Counted from the first letter of the stretch, positions 39,364 to 49,721 are shown. The stretch: 64,000 bases of DNA from Trueperaceae bacterium (GCA_965213925.1 OZ243927.1:1664001-1728000), one strand, 5' to 3'. The notes: generated from the sequence alone by a model not told the origin. A program made the numbers and translations.

Positions 39364-39415
39364 TAGAAAGTATACTACTTGGCAATACGGAGCGCAAGTC
39401 CAAGAGCAACAAGAG

Positions 39416-39642
39416 TCGAACGCGTATCTGAGTTTTGTCAGCGCGTGTCTTTCGAAATGCCCGTCCCAGTTGCTGAGCGCCTTAGCCCTGCTGTCATCGC
39501 CGAAGCTCGGCAGGTAACGCAACCCTTGGAACCCCGTCTTGGGGCACACGAGGATGACCCCCACGTTGACGAACTCTTCGCGGAGCATGTTCGGTATATA
39601 GCGGATTACCGCGTATAGTGCCCTCATCCTCTTCACAGCCAC
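39416..39642 (-). pseudogene. N-terminal fragment of a DUF3037 protein
   Basis: YAVIRYIPNMLREEFVNVGVILVCP is the DUF3037 signature; protein-like character is lost after about 75 aa. Confidence 0.75.
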
Positions 39643-39855
39643 TATCTTACCTTTGGATGTCCTTTTGCAACCTCTTCGCTAGGTAGTCAGGCGGTGCCCT
39701 GACCCTCTGAGACAGGTAGTTTGGCAGAGCTTCGCGCTCTGCGCGGTTATGGCGCTAGGGCTTATCAAAGTTGTGCCTGTATAGGTCGGGTTAAATCTAT
39801 TTCTCATTATAACGCCCTGGCTGTCATCTCACTGGCACACGCGAGGTGGCTGTGC

Positions 39856-41136
39856 CTAAACACCTCGCTGAGCTGCGCACACGCTTTCCTGCGCCTTTTG
39901 ACGTGCCACAGCCTGCTCTCGCATCGCCAGAAGCCACGCTATCTCCATCTGCTTGACCCCCGTGTCTCGCTCTTTGCGAAGATACGCTAGTGCCCGGTCA
40001 GCCTGCTTGACGGCTTCAGGATACTTTTGCTCAGCGAGCAAGAGCGCCACACGCGCCCGGAACTGCTCGCCCTTATCGCCGCTCAGCTCCGCCCCGTCGT
40101 CGAAGTGCGCCTGTGCGGTCTCGTAGTCGCCAAGGTGGAAGGCGTACAAGCAAGCGGCTTCGAAGTGCAGCAAGGGAACGAGTTCCGGCGCAGATGCTTG
40201 AGCGGCGTCTAGCGCTTGCGCTAAGGCGGTCTCTGCACTCTGGCTATCGCCATGCTCTAAAGCGTGATAGTAGCGCGACGTAAACCTGTACAGCGGACCC
40301 ATGAAACTTTCCGCTAGGTCAGGCTGATCGAATACGCTCATATCCCAATCTCTTGGACGCTCAGGTCCGAAGTGAAGCCAGGCGTAGCGGTAGTCCCGGC
40401 GCAACTCGTCAGTAAAGGCAGGGTGGCGGAGTTTGAGAAGCTGAAGACCATCCGACTGGTAATACCCGTAAGCTATCGGGTACACGCAGAGCATAAACTG
40501 CCACGCCGCAACCGTGCCGATGACGACTAAGGAGGGCGCGGCGTATAGCTCCCACAAAAACAGGTCTTCGGAGTAATAGAAAGCTAACCCGAGCGATAGA
40601 TAGGTGGCAAATGCTGCCGCCGACAAAAGGAGCGAGGCGAGGAGCCCTGCCAAGACAGCTAGGGCGTGTTTAGAGCGCAGGCGAGGGTGTTCAGGGTCGT
40701 CGCTGTAAAAGTACGCCGCGCCGCCCTGCTTCGTGACCCAGCTATATCTCACCCGGAGTCCGCGCTTGAGCGGTTCGAAGATGACGGGTCCGACGCGGAC
40801 GCGCCACACCTTGAGCCCGAGTAGCTGCGCAGTCAGCGCGTGCCCTAGTTCGTGGACGAGCGTTGCGCTCCAAGCGAGTACAGGTATCCCGACGAAGAGA
40901 CCGAACAGAAACTCGCCTTGCTCTAGGTAAAATAGGTGCTGCCAGAAAGACGAGAGGACGTCGCCAGGGTCGAGCCTGTAGATCATCACGCCTAGCAGCA
41001 AAACGCCGACATAGTAAGTCCAATACCCTAAGTTGCGCCAGGCTGTGCCTGCTGGCTGGGCTTCCGGTGAGAGCTTGTCGTCAGCTTGTTGCGAGACGGG
41101 CGGTTCGGTAGGTTGTGGTTCACGAGGCTGGTCCAT
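39856..41136 (-). CDS. M50 family (site-2) membrane metalloprotease with TPR-like C-terminus
   Basis: HELGH in a hydrophobic segment, AVLAG, SDG; multiple TM helices; Ala-rich helical repeats. Confidence 0.85.
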   Translation of the reverse strand: MDQPREPQPTEPPVSQQADDKLSPEAQPAGTAWRNLGYWTYYVGVLLLGVMIYRLDPGDVLSSFWQHLFYLEQGEFLFGLFVGIPVLAWSATLVHELGHALTAQLLGLKVWRVRVGPVIFEPLKRGLRVRYSWVTKQGGAAYFYSDDPEHPRLRSKHALAVLAGLLASLLLSAAAFATYLSLGLAFYYSEDLFLWELYAAPSLVVIGTVAAWQFMLCVYPIAYGYYQSDGLQLLKLRHPAFTDELRRDYRYAWLHFGPERPRDWDMSVFDQPDLAESFMGPLYRFTSRYYHALEHGDSQSAETALAQALDAAQASAPELVPLLHFEAACLYAFHLGDYETAQAHFDDGAELSGDKGEQFRARVALLLAEQKYPEAVKQADRALAYLRKERDTGVKQMEIAWLLAMREQAVARQKAQESVCAAQRGV

Positions 41137-41189
41137 AAAAGCTCAACGCTAACTTTAGGGCAGGCGGGGCGCTTCTATGGGTGAAATGG

Positions 41190-43619
41190 TCACGTCAACT
41201 TGCTTTGGGGTACGGGTCTGAACCGACAAGCGAGCAGCCCGCCCGCCGATGACGCACCCTCGTCCTGCGTCTCCGAAGAGGTCAGGATGAGGTAGTCTCT
41301 AGCCCTCGTCAACGCGACGTAGAGAAGCCGCTTCTCTTCCGCTACCTCTCGTTTATGCTTAGCGCCCTGCAACGCCTCATAAACCACGGGATTGCGCTTG
41401 TCGGGGGTCTTCTTATCCAGCTTTAAGCCTAAACCTATGCTCCCGAAGAGCAGCGGGTCTGTACGTTTGCGAAAGGGGTTGCTTAGGTCGGCGACGATGA
41501 CGACGGGCCACTCCAAACCTTTCGCCTTGTGGATGTTCAGGAGCGTCACCGCGTCCGCCGCTGCTAGAGGCGGTCTCGCCAAACTCACCTCGTGCTTGAG
41601 TAAGTCTTTCAGCTCGCGCCAGACGCTAAAGGCACTGTGCGTGTCCGCCTCGGAACGCCTGACGAGGGCGACGAACGCCGCGTAGTCTACGAGCCGCCTA
41701 TCGCCCCCCGCGAGGTTGGCGATCACCGCGCGGTAGCCCGTGCGCTTCTCGGCTAGGTCAAAGAGTTCGGTAGGAAGGCGTTTACGCCGCTCAGTCAGCT
41801 CGAGGAGAGTAGCTTTGGCATCTTCTAGGTAGGGCGATTCGCTCGCCTGGACGAGCGCCCACCAGCTCTGCTCGTCGGTCTTGTCTGCGGCTATCGTCTG
41901 TAAATCCCTGTCGCTAAGGGCGAAGAAGGGGCTTCTCAGCAGGGTGAGTAGGGCGAGGTCGTCCTCGGGGTCAGCTAAAAAGCGCAACAGTGCGGTGCCA
42001 TCTTGCGCCTCTCGCGTTGCCAGCAGGTCGTCGGTGTCGCCCTGCAAGAAGGGGACGCCCGCTTCTGCTAGCGCCTCGGCGTACACGCTGAGGGGCGCTT
42101 TATGCCTGGCGAGCACGGCGATGTCTTTGGGCTCTACAGGGCGTTCGACCTCGCCGTCGTGGACCAATACCTGCCTGTCTAGCAGCGCCCTCACGCGCAG
42201 GGCGATGAGCCGCGCCTCCTGCTCCAAGCGCTCGGAACGCAACCGGGACGGCTCCTCTAGGGTATATGCCTCGAGATAGGGACCGCGACCCGGCGCACAT
42301 TGCCTGGAGGCGCTGAGTGGTCCGTGGAGGTCGCCTAAGAACGCAGTCAGGTCGTTGAGCGGGGTGAGCAGTGCGTCGTGGGTTCTAAACGAGGTGTCCA
42401 GCGCGATGACCTCACCGCCGTCATACTGTATGCGCTCGCGGAAGCGGAAAAAGACCTCTACGTCTGCCCGGCGGAAGCCGTAAATGCTCTGTTTGGGGTC
42501 GCCGACGACGGTGAGAAGGCTGTCCTGGGCTAAGAGGTCCAAAAAGCGCTCTTGTACCGGGTTAGTGTCTTGCAACTCGTCAATTAGAAACGCCTTCCAG
42601 CGGGCTCGGTAGTGCGCCCTGACGTGTGCGTGCTCTAGGGCACTCAGGGCGTGAACCTCGAGATTCGCGAAATCCACACAACGCGCCTCTTTGCGCCGTT
42701 CGCTCATAAACTGCTTGACGTGTTCAAAGGCGGTTCGGAGCGCCGGTAGGCGTGAGGCGAGTTGGGCGTCAGCGTCGCTCAAGTCCAGCGCGAGCTGCTT
42801 TTGGTTTCGTTTGACGCCCTCTCTGAGCGCTGAAATCGCGATGCCTACCTCTTTGAAGGCGTCCTCCCCCCACGCCTTACGGCTGCCGCCTCGTAAGCTA
42901 ACCGTTAGCGCCTCTTCGTATGCGCTCTGACACGCCTCGGCGTCACCTGGTTCGATGGTTTCCAAGCACCTCAGCGCGAGCTTTCTGGCGTCTTCGCGGG
43001 CGTCGCCCTCAGGTCCGGGTATACAGAGCGTAGCCTTGTGCGGCGCTAAAGCGGCGAGGAGGTCGCGGCGGGCGCTCTCCCTGGTCACCTCGGCGAGCGT
43101 AGCCCAATCCTCTTGCCCCTTGCTTAGCGCAACGTTCGCCGTGAGTGGGTCGAAGAGCAGTTCTTCTACGAACGCTCTAAGCTCCGTATAGGGGACCTGC
43201 TCGAAGCACCAGGGCGGCACGCTCGCCATCGCTTCGCCAAATATCCCAAGCCGGAAGAGCTTTTCCTCGTTCTCGTCCATGACCCTAAAATTGGCGGGAA
43301 GACCTGTTTCTAAGGGGAAGTCGCGGCAGACGCGCGCAGCTAGAGCGTCAATCGTGCTGATCTGGGCTGCTTCGAGTTCGGCGAGATGCTCCGGGCTGAC
43401 GTGCCCTAAACTGCTCATGCGCGTGCGGATGCGGCTTCTAAGCTCCGCCGCCGCCTTGCGCGTGAAGGTCGTGGCGACCACCTCTAAAGGCGACAGACCG
43501 CCCTCTACCAAAAAAAGATAGCGCTCGGTGAGTAGAAAGGTCTTGCCGCTCCCCGCTCCGGCGGTAACGGCGACGCTGCCTTCGGCGTGGACAGCCCGCC
43601 TCTGCTCAGGGGTCAGCAC
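41190..43619 (-). CDS. AddA-like UvrD helicase without a C-terminal nuclease domain
   Basis: AGAGSGKT, TFTRKAAAEL, DELQDTN, VGDPKQSIYGFRRAD, HKAKGLEW, LLYVALTRARD; ends shortly after motif VI. Confidence 0.88.
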   Translation of the reverse strand: MLTPEQRRAVHAEGSVAVTAGAGSGKTFLLTERYLFLVEGGLSPLEVVATTFTRKAAAELRSRIRTRMSSLGHVSPEHLAELEAAQISTIDALAARVCRDFPLETGLPANFRVMDENEEKLFRLGIFGEAMASVPPWCFEQVPYTELRAFVEELLFDPLTANVALSKGQEDWATLAEVTRESARRDLLAALAPHKATLCIPGPEGDAREDARKLALRCLETIEPGDAEACQSAYEEALTVSLRGGSRKAWGEDAFKEVGIAISALREGVKRNQKQLALDLSDADAQLASRLPALRTAFEHVKQFMSERRKEARCVDFANLEVHALSALEHAHVRAHYRARWKAFLIDELQDTNPVQERFLDLLAQDSLLTVVGDPKQSIYGFRRADVEVFFRFRERIQYDGGEVIALDTSFRTHDALLTPLNDLTAFLGDLHGPLSASRQCAPGRGPYLEAYTLEEPSRLRSERLEQEARLIALRVRALLDRQVLVHDGEVERPVEPKDIAVLARHKAPLSVYAEALAEAGVPFLQGDTDDLLATREAQDGTALLRFLADPEDDLALLTLLRSPFFALSDRDLQTIAADKTDEQSWWALVQASESPYLEDAKATLLELTERRKRLPTELFDLAEKRTGYRAVIANLAGGDRRLVDYAAFVALVRRSEADTHSAFSVWRELKDLLKHEVSLARPPLAAADAVTLLNIHKAKGLEWPVVIVADLSNPFRKRTDPLLFGSIGLGLKLDKKTPDKRNPVVYEALQGAKHKREVAEEKRLLYVALTRARDYLILTSSETQDEGASSAGGLLACRFRPVPQSKLT

Positions 43620-46101
43620 GGGATTCTCTTTCTAGGTGTTCTGCCTGTAGGTGTTTACCCTTGAGGCGCGGTCCCTTGCGACACAGGAGGTCGAAGTCGC
43701 AGTACGCGCAGTTGTCGCTGCTCGGGGCAGGCGGGAAGGTGCCCGACGCTAGCGCCTTTTTCGCCGCTGCTAAACGTTCTTCTAGGTCGTCCGGGGCGCG
43801 GCTCGTAATGACCTCCGCGTGCTTTAAGGAGAAGTAGCGGGCGCGGACGGGCTTATCCGGGTGGCGCTCCCTGACGGCAGTTTCGTAGATGCTGAGCTGC
43901 ACGTCGGGCTTAGAAACATAGCGCGAGGTCTTGTAGTCGGTGATTTCATACCCATCCGGGGTGCGGTCCAGCCGGTCGAGGCGTCCTCTGACCTTGAAGC
44001 CCTGCCAGGTTGACACGAAATGCTGTTCGGTCTCTTTGACAAAGGCGTCCTCGGCGATGAAGCCCGGCGAGGCGATAGCGGAGCGCAGAGTCGCGATGAG
44101 TTCTAGGCGCTTGCCGGACCAAGCCGGGAGGTCGGGCATCCCCTCTAATGCTTCAGCGTCAGCGAACGCTGCCTCGACGCCCTCTAGCATTGCATCTCTA
44201 ACATCAGCCGTGCCCTGCGTACGCTCGGCGAGCAGCTGGAGCGTTTTATGATAGAGGTTCCCCGTAAAGAGCGCGTCCTCTTCGAACTCGGCGGGTGGTC
44301 CCGCCTCCAGCACATACGCCGCGAACCACTTGAAGGGGCAACTCAGCAGATGTGTCAGTTGGGTCGCGCTGAATACGTGGTCGGAAACGTCCACCGCGAC
44401 GCCGGTGACGCCGTCGAACTCATTGAACGTCCCCGCCGCCTCACGCGAACGCTCCACCTTTAATGCCTGTGCGCCTACCCCTCCTTTTGCACGCTCTTCA
44501 TCCCGTAAGCTGGCTCGCTGCCGCTCCTGCTCGCTCACGAGATAGACCTCACGGCTCACCTCGGGCGTCAGCCCTAAAACGCGGAAGTAGTGACTGGCTT
44601 CGGCAGGTTGCCCGTCCAAATGCTGCGGGTAAGAAAGCGTCAGGCTCGCCTTAGCGTGCGCCACGAGCGAGTGGAAGCTGAGCTGTTCGCGCCACGCGGC
44701 GTAGGGTGCGGTCTCGACGTTTACTCCGGCAGAGCGCAAGGTTTTACGCTCGAAGAAGTCCAGCGCGGCGTCGTCTCTGAGCGGCGCGGGAAAGGTTCCT
44801 TCGGCGAGACCTAGCACGAACACGTGGGACAACTCTGCGCCCAGCACCGCCAGCGGCGTATGCACCGAGACGCCCCGCCCCGGCTTAACGGGTACGGTGA
44901 GCGCGTGCAGGGTGTCGTCTAGCTCTGCGAGGAAGGCGTCGCGGGACAGCGTAGTTTCGCCGTCCAAAGATTCGAGCGCAGCCCTTAACGATGCAAGCGC
45001 AGCCTGCTCGCGCGGCAGACGCAACTCGAAAGCGTTCCAGAACTCAGCGAGCACGGCACTGAACGAGGTGCGCGTGGCGAAAGAGGGTAGGGTGGGGAGG
45101 TCTATCCCTAACGCGCCCCAAGCCGCGAGGCGCTGAGGATGCGCCTCGCGTATCTGCGCCCAGAGTGCTGAGTCGAGCCTGTCGGTCAGCGGGTGCGCCA
45201 AGAACCTCGTTGTCGCCTCGTAAGCGTACGCACCCCTGATCATGGCGGTGAACGCTCCCACAAAGCTGCCCACGCGGGTGTTCTTGAGCGGCACGGCGTA
45301 GTAAGCGGCGACCTCCAAACCGTATTCGCGTGCGACCGCGAGGATCAGCGGACCGTAAAGCGCTTCGTCACGCACGACGAGCGCGATGTCGCTAGGTCGT
45401 ACCCCTTCATCCAGATAGGCGTTGACCCGCCCCAGCACGCCGCGCACCTCAGCCTCTTGGTTGGCGAAGGCGAGGGCGTGAGTAGGAGCGTACGTTGTCC
45501 AAGTCTGCGCCGCCGGTTCGCGCACGCTAGACCAACCTCTCACCTCTAAAAAAGCCGCCGCGTCACTGTTCTCGGTGAAGAGCGCGTCCTCGGCGAAGGG
45601 CAGGGCGAGCTGCGAGCCGTCTCCTGCCAGCGCGTCTAAAAAGGTCAGCTCGCCCAAGCCCAGACGCGGGTAGCCCGTGACCGTGACCTGCACCCGCTGG
45701 ACGGTTCGTGCCGCCTCGAAAAAGACCTGAGAGGCGTCGATTAGTCCCTTTTCGGCGAGCAGATGCTTGAACGATTTCGTCACCTCGGCGAGTTTGACAG
45801 AGCGACCGCCGCAGGAGGCGACGACGTCAAGGTCAGCGTCCAACCGGAGTAGCTCTCGCACCGCCGGGGCGAAGAAGCGGGCGAAGCCGAGCGCGTCGCA
45901 CTCACCTAACACCTCTCGCACAGCGCCCATAAGGAGCTGCCGGGACCGGACCGAAGAGGCAACTTCTAACGTGACAGCTTGGCGGGCGAGGGACTCTAGC
46001 GTTATCCCAGTTACGCCCAGAGAGCTGGCGGCGGACCTGTTCGGCGTGACGACTAAGCCGCGAAGGTCCGGCAGCGCTCCCAAATAAACGGTGCGGCTCA
46101 A
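43606..46101 (-). CDS. AddB-like protein: inactive helicase scaffold plus PD-(D/E)XK nuclease with Fe-S cysteines
   Basis: SCPFKWF, RGRLDRLD...ITDYKT, QLSIY, CAYCDFDLLC; overlaps the helicase start. Confidence 0.88.
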   Translation of the reverse strand: MSRTVYLGALPDLRGLVVTPNRSAASSLGVTGITLESLARQAVTLEVASSVRSRQLLMGAVREVLGECDALGFARFFAPAVRELLRLDADLDVVASCGGRSVKLAEVTKSFKHLLAEKGLIDASQVFFEAARTVQRVQVTVTGYPRLGLGELTFLDALAGDGSQLALPFAEDALFTENSDAAAFLEVRGWSSVREPAAQTWTTYAPTHALAFANQEAEVRGVLGRVNAYLDEGVRPSDIALVVRDEALYGPLILAVAREYGLEVAAYYAVPLKNTRVGSFVGAFTAMIRGAYAYEATTRFLAHPLTDRLDSALWAQIREAHPQRLAAWGALGIDLPTLPSFATRTSFSAVLAEFWNAFELRLPREQAALASLRAALESLDGETTLSRDAFLAELDDTLHALTVPVKPGRGVSVHTPLAVLGAELSHVFVLGLAEGTFPAPLRDDAALDFFERKTLRSAGVNVETAPYAAWREQLSFHSLVAHAKASLTLSYPQHLDGQPAEASHYFRVLGLTPEVSREVYLVSEQERQRASLRDEERAKGGVGAQALKVERSREAAGTFNEFDGVTGVAVDVSDHVFSATQLTHLLSCPFKWFAAYVLEAGPPAEFEEDALFTGNLYHKTLQLLAERTQGTADVRDAMLEGVEAAFADAEALEGMPDLPAWSGKRLELIATLRSAIASPGFIAEDAFVKETEQHFVSTWQGFKVRGRLDRLDRTPDGYEITDYKTSRYVSKPDVQLSIYETAVRERHPDKPVRARYFSLKHAEVITSRAPDDLEERLAAAKKALASGTFPPAPSSDNCAYCDFDLLCRKGPRLKGKHLQAEHLERESRADP

Positions 46102-46222
46102 CGCGCCCTCAAAGTGTTGAGGTGCGCGTTGCGTGGATGAGCGCAGAAGCTACTTGCGGATAAAGACTGCCGGATCAAATTGGCACACACAATCCGCATC
46201 TTACCGCCTCACGCGCATCAGC

Positions 46223-48169
46223 CTAAGCTGCCGCTTCACTGAGCGCCAGGATTTCGCGCTCGACGTAGGCTTTGAATTCGCCCTCGGACGTGAAGAACCT
46301 GTAGCCCGCACGGTTTGCCGCTTCTTCGGTCTCGCTCGGCTCGTCGAGCAGCAGGGCGACAGGCTGCGTTAAACCCTCTTGCAAGCCATTAGGCCAGGCT
46401 AAGTCTAAGATAGCTTGCGCCTCGCCCGCCGCGTTCACCAGCTCGAACATGAACTCGCCCTCTGGCAAGCCCTGCTCGCTCACCCACGTGTTGGTGTCGA
46501 TCAGGAACTGCTCCTCTTCCTGGCTGTCCACGCTGCCGGGAATGACCCGCGCGACCTCATCTGGTGAAGACATAACTTCGCGTTCAGGCATCTGCCCGTG
46601 ATAGAGGCTGTCCAAAAAGGTGTTGGCGGCGTCGGCTAAAAGCTCACGGCGAGCGGTTAGGAAGTCGGGATAGTTCTCTATCCTCCACAAGTCCCGGTCC
46701 AAGGGTATCCAGTGCGATGCCAGCACACCGGGGTGCTTCTCGGCGTACTCGGCTAGGTATGCCTCGGGCAGCCGGTCGGAGACCTTGAGGTTGGTGTCTT
46801 GGGTCAGGAAGGTGAAGTTCGCGAGCGCGTTCACTTCGGCTTTGTCGTAGTCGTACTTGTAGAGCTGCGCTTTGGGAAAGATGTGGTGCACCTGCAAAGC
46901 GCTCAGCTTGCCGAGCAGGTGGTTGGTGAGTTCGACACCGGTCTCCCAGTCGCGGGTGTGCCCCACGCGGGTCATCATGTAGAGCATCGGGTAAAAGCGT
47001 GCGCCCCTGCCCCACCCGGCGAAGTCATTCGCAGCCAGCCGGAGGTCGCCTCGGTTCTGGCGCAGACCGTCGATCAGCCGCTCTAGTGCGCCCTCGTCCT
47101 CTTCGATAAGCCCTAAGTCTTTGTTCAAAACGCTTTCGGTCGAGCCCGCGTAGCGACCCCATAAGAAAGTGTGGACGTACCAGTAGAGCAGGCGGTCACG
47201 CTCGGCAGCGTCGCTCAGATCGCCGCCTTTCTGCTGCCAGTAGCGCACCAAGAGCGGGAAGGCGTAGCGGTTGCCCAGCACGCGGTCGTGGTCGAGCCCG
47301 AGCCGTGAGGCGATGAGGTTCAAGAAGGTGTCAATCCCTGTCTCCGCGCGCTCCACACCCTCTTTGAAGGTCGGCGTGTCTACATCTTTAAGCGCGTTGA
47401 AGAGCGCCTCGCCTGTGAGTAGCGTGTTGACGCTCCGCAAGAACCAGTCGAGCTTGAAGCTGTAGCCTGCGTGTTCCCACTTCTCCAACTTCGCCTTCAT
47501 CGTGTCCCTCGCCTCGGGCCACTCGGCGCAGATTTTGGCGAGCGCCAGGTCGCCCTTGGAGAGCTTAGTGCCGCCGGAGTTGACGACGTTGAAGATGTCC
47601 ACGACCACGTCGATGGTTTTGTCCTCGCCGGTGACCTTCTCGATATGGACATTGATGTTTTCGATGCCGTGGACCTGGTTGATGCGGTCGATGTAAGTGG
47701 TGAGGTTGTCCTGCATCGCCGGGTCGGTGACTAAGCGCTTCATGAACTCGCCCGAGCCTTTTTGCATGAGTTCGGTAACGTCGACCCAAAGGGGATTGTC
47801 CTTCATCTTGAGCGGCGCGTAGAACTCGAAGGTCTCGTCGTCTAGGTTGAAGTGCAGCCCGGTGAACGCCTGGGCGTTGCCGTCGAAGAACTTGGGCGGA
47901 CGACCGCGCATGAGCCCGTACAAGCTGGTCATGCGTTGCTGACCGTCGAGGATCAGCTCGACGCTTCCGGGGGTAAGCGTTCCGTCGCCGCGCGAGGGTG
48001 CGCCCTCGGTTTTGGTCACCCAGACAAGCAGACTGCCCACCGGATAGCGGCGGTAGAGTGAGTGCATGAGGCGGCGCACCTGCTCGCGGTTCCAAACGTA
48101 GCCGCGTTGGAATTCGGGCAGGGCCATTGCCCCGTTGTCGATTTGGTCAAGGACGGTGCTGATGTTCAC
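46223..48169 (-). CDS. GmrSD-family type IV (modification-dependent) restriction endonuclease
   Basis: DUF262 motifs PEFQRGYVW, LDGQQR, FNVVNSGG; HNH-like VHHIFPK...N...N; extra C-terminal domain. Confidence 0.88.
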   Translation of the reverse strand: MNISTVLDQIDNGAMALPEFQRGYVWNREQVRRLMHSLYRRYPVGSLLVWVTKTEGAPSRGDGTLTPGSVELILDGQQRMTSLYGLMRGRPPKFFDGNAQAFTGLHFNLDDETFEFYAPLKMKDNPLWVDVTELMQKGSGEFMKRLVTDPAMQDNLTTYIDRINQVHGIENINVHIEKVTGEDKTIDVVVDIFNVVNSGGTKLSKGDLALAKICAEWPEARDTMKAKLEKWEHAGYSFKLDWFLRSVNTLLTGEALFNALKDVDTPTFKEGVERAETGIDTFLNLIASRLGLDHDRVLGNRYAFPLLVRYWQQKGGDLSDAAERDRLLYWYVHTFLWGRYAGSTESVLNKDLGLIEEDEGALERLIDGLRQNRGDLRLAANDFAGWGRGARFYPMLYMMTRVGHTRDWETGVELTNHLLGKLSALQVHHIFPKAQLYKYDYDKAEVNALANFTFLTQDTNLKVSDRLPEAYLAEYAEKHPGVLASHWIPLDRDLWRIENYPDFLTARRELLADAANTFLDSLYHGQMPEREVMSSPDEVARVIPGSVDSQEEEQFLIDTNTWVSEQGLPEGEFMFELVNAAGEAQAILDLAWPNGLQEGLTQPVALLLDEPSETEEAANRAGYRFFTSEGEFKAYVEREILALSEAAA

Positions 48170-48281
48170 GAACTGCTCCTCGGCTTATATGCCCACACCA
48201 TATCTTTCAGAGCGGGTTGCGCGTTGTGCAGCCTGTCACTTTGAACTGGGGGCGTGACGTTCGCTAGTTCTCTAATAGACT

Positions 48282-49223
48282 TCAAGCGGCGTCCAATAGT
48301 CCGCGCAAAAGAGGTTCATACAGCTCTCTCTCCCGCAGCCCCTCACGCCACCTCTCGGGTATGCCCGCTATCCCAAAGCGCAAGCCCGCAATCCCACCCG
48401 CCACACACGCCGTCGTGTCGGTGTCGTTGCCCAAGAGAACCGCCCGCTTCACCACCGCCTCAAAGTTGGGCTCTCTTTGCACTTCATAGGCGGAGTGCAA
48501 GCAGTCCACTACATAGCCTGTTCCCTTGCAGGTGTAGGTGTCGAGCGGGCGCACTGAGAATTCTAATTCCGCTAGGTACGCCGCTTCGTCTTGATATGCC
48601 GCTGAGAGGGTCTCTACCGCTCTTGTCCAGGCGTCGTTGTAGGGCTGGTTCTCGAGCACGTATCGCGCCCACAAGCAGTACAACGCGCAGCAAACCTGAC
48701 TCCTCACGTGCCGGTGGGTGGCACAGGACTGCAAGTGAGCATCGCGGATAAGCGCGTCGTCTGACCCTTGGTGCCACAAGGCTAAAGGCAACACCCGCAT
48801 CAAGGAGCCGTTGCCGTTCGACTGTTCATGGTCTGCGCCTGCTTCGGTTGCCTTCACGCCGCTTCTCAGCTTGCGGAGAGCTTCACCCGTGGTGATGCCA
48901 ATGTCGAAGACGCGGTTGTCCACTGCCATATAGCCGTGCTTATACCAGTTGAGAAGTTTGCGCCCTAAGTCTTCGGGGTCGAGCTTACCTTTATGAAGTA
49001 GGCTTGCCAGCAAGCAAAGGGCTTGTGCGCCGTCATCAGACCAGGTGCCTGGGGGAGTGCCCTTGTGAGCCCGCTGGAAGTCGTCGGGTGGGGTGTACTC
49101 GATCTCGTCAAAAGGCGGCAGAGCTTCGGGTGAGTGGAACTCGTAGGGCACGCCCAAAGCGTCGCCGACGAGGAGGCTGACCAAAGCTCCGGTGAGGCGG
49201 TCGGTGCGGCTAGGTGAAGTCAT
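48282..49223 (-). CDS. ADP-ribosylglycohydrolase (DraG/ARH family)
   Basis: GDALGVPYEF, WSDD, GNGSLMR, GNDTDTTACVAGG; leaderless TAGTCT-N6-ATG. Confidence 0.93.
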   Translation of the reverse strand: MTSPSRTDRLTGALVSLLVGDALGVPYEFHSPEALPPFDEIEYTPPDDFQRAHKGTPPGTWSDDGAQALCLLASLLHKGKLDPEDLGRKLLNWYKHGYMAVDNRVFDIGITTGEALRKLRSGVKATEAGADHEQSNGNGSLMRVLPLALWHQGSDDALIRDAHLQSCATHRHVRSQVCCALYCLWARYVLENQPYNDAWTRAVETLSAAYQDEAAYLAELEFSVRPLDTYTCKGTGYVVDCLHSAYEVQREPNFEAVVKRAVLLGNDTDTTACVAGGIAGLRFGIAGIPERWREGLRERELYEPLLRGLLDAA

Positions 49224-49373
49224 CGGACAAGACTAACACCGTGAGGACGGCACACGAGTGCAGTATTTAGCCCAGCAGAAGCACGCAATGTCAACCGGGA
49301 TAGAGCGCTCGCAGCCGGGCGGAGCAAAGTAGCGATGTAAGTCACTCTTCCTTAGCTCGTGTAAACTAAAGGG

Positions 49374-49721
49374 GTGACCCGCGCCCTTCAAGAAGTCGAA
49401 AAACTCCTCGCCGAGATGAGCCGCGCCGAGAAAGCCCAGCTCTTACAGTGGGTCGTGAGCGACTTGGGCGACGCCTTCCCCGGCATTGAGAGCACCCCTG
49501 GCATCGTTGGCGGCGTGCCGCGCATCGTGCGCACCCGCATCCCGGTATGGGTCTTAGAGCAGGCGCGGCGCTTGGGAGTAAGCGAAGCCGACCTGCTGCG
49601 AGCTTATCCCACTTTGCAGGCAGAAGACCTCACCCACGCCTGGGCATATGTGCGGGCGCACCGCGCAGAGATCAACGAGCAGATCGAAGCGAACGAAAGA
49701 GACGTAGAGGACGCGCTCTGA
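49374..49721 (+). CDS. DUF433 antitoxin-like protein
   Basis: PGIVGGVPRIVRTRIPVW...LLRAYPTL; TAAACT-N6-GTG. Confidence 0.88.
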   Translation: MTRALQEVEKLLAEMSRAEKAQLLQWVVSDLGDAFPGIESTPGIVGGVPRIVRTRIPVWVLEQARRLGVSEADLLRAYPTLQAEDLTHAWAYVRAHRAEINEQIEANERDVEDAL

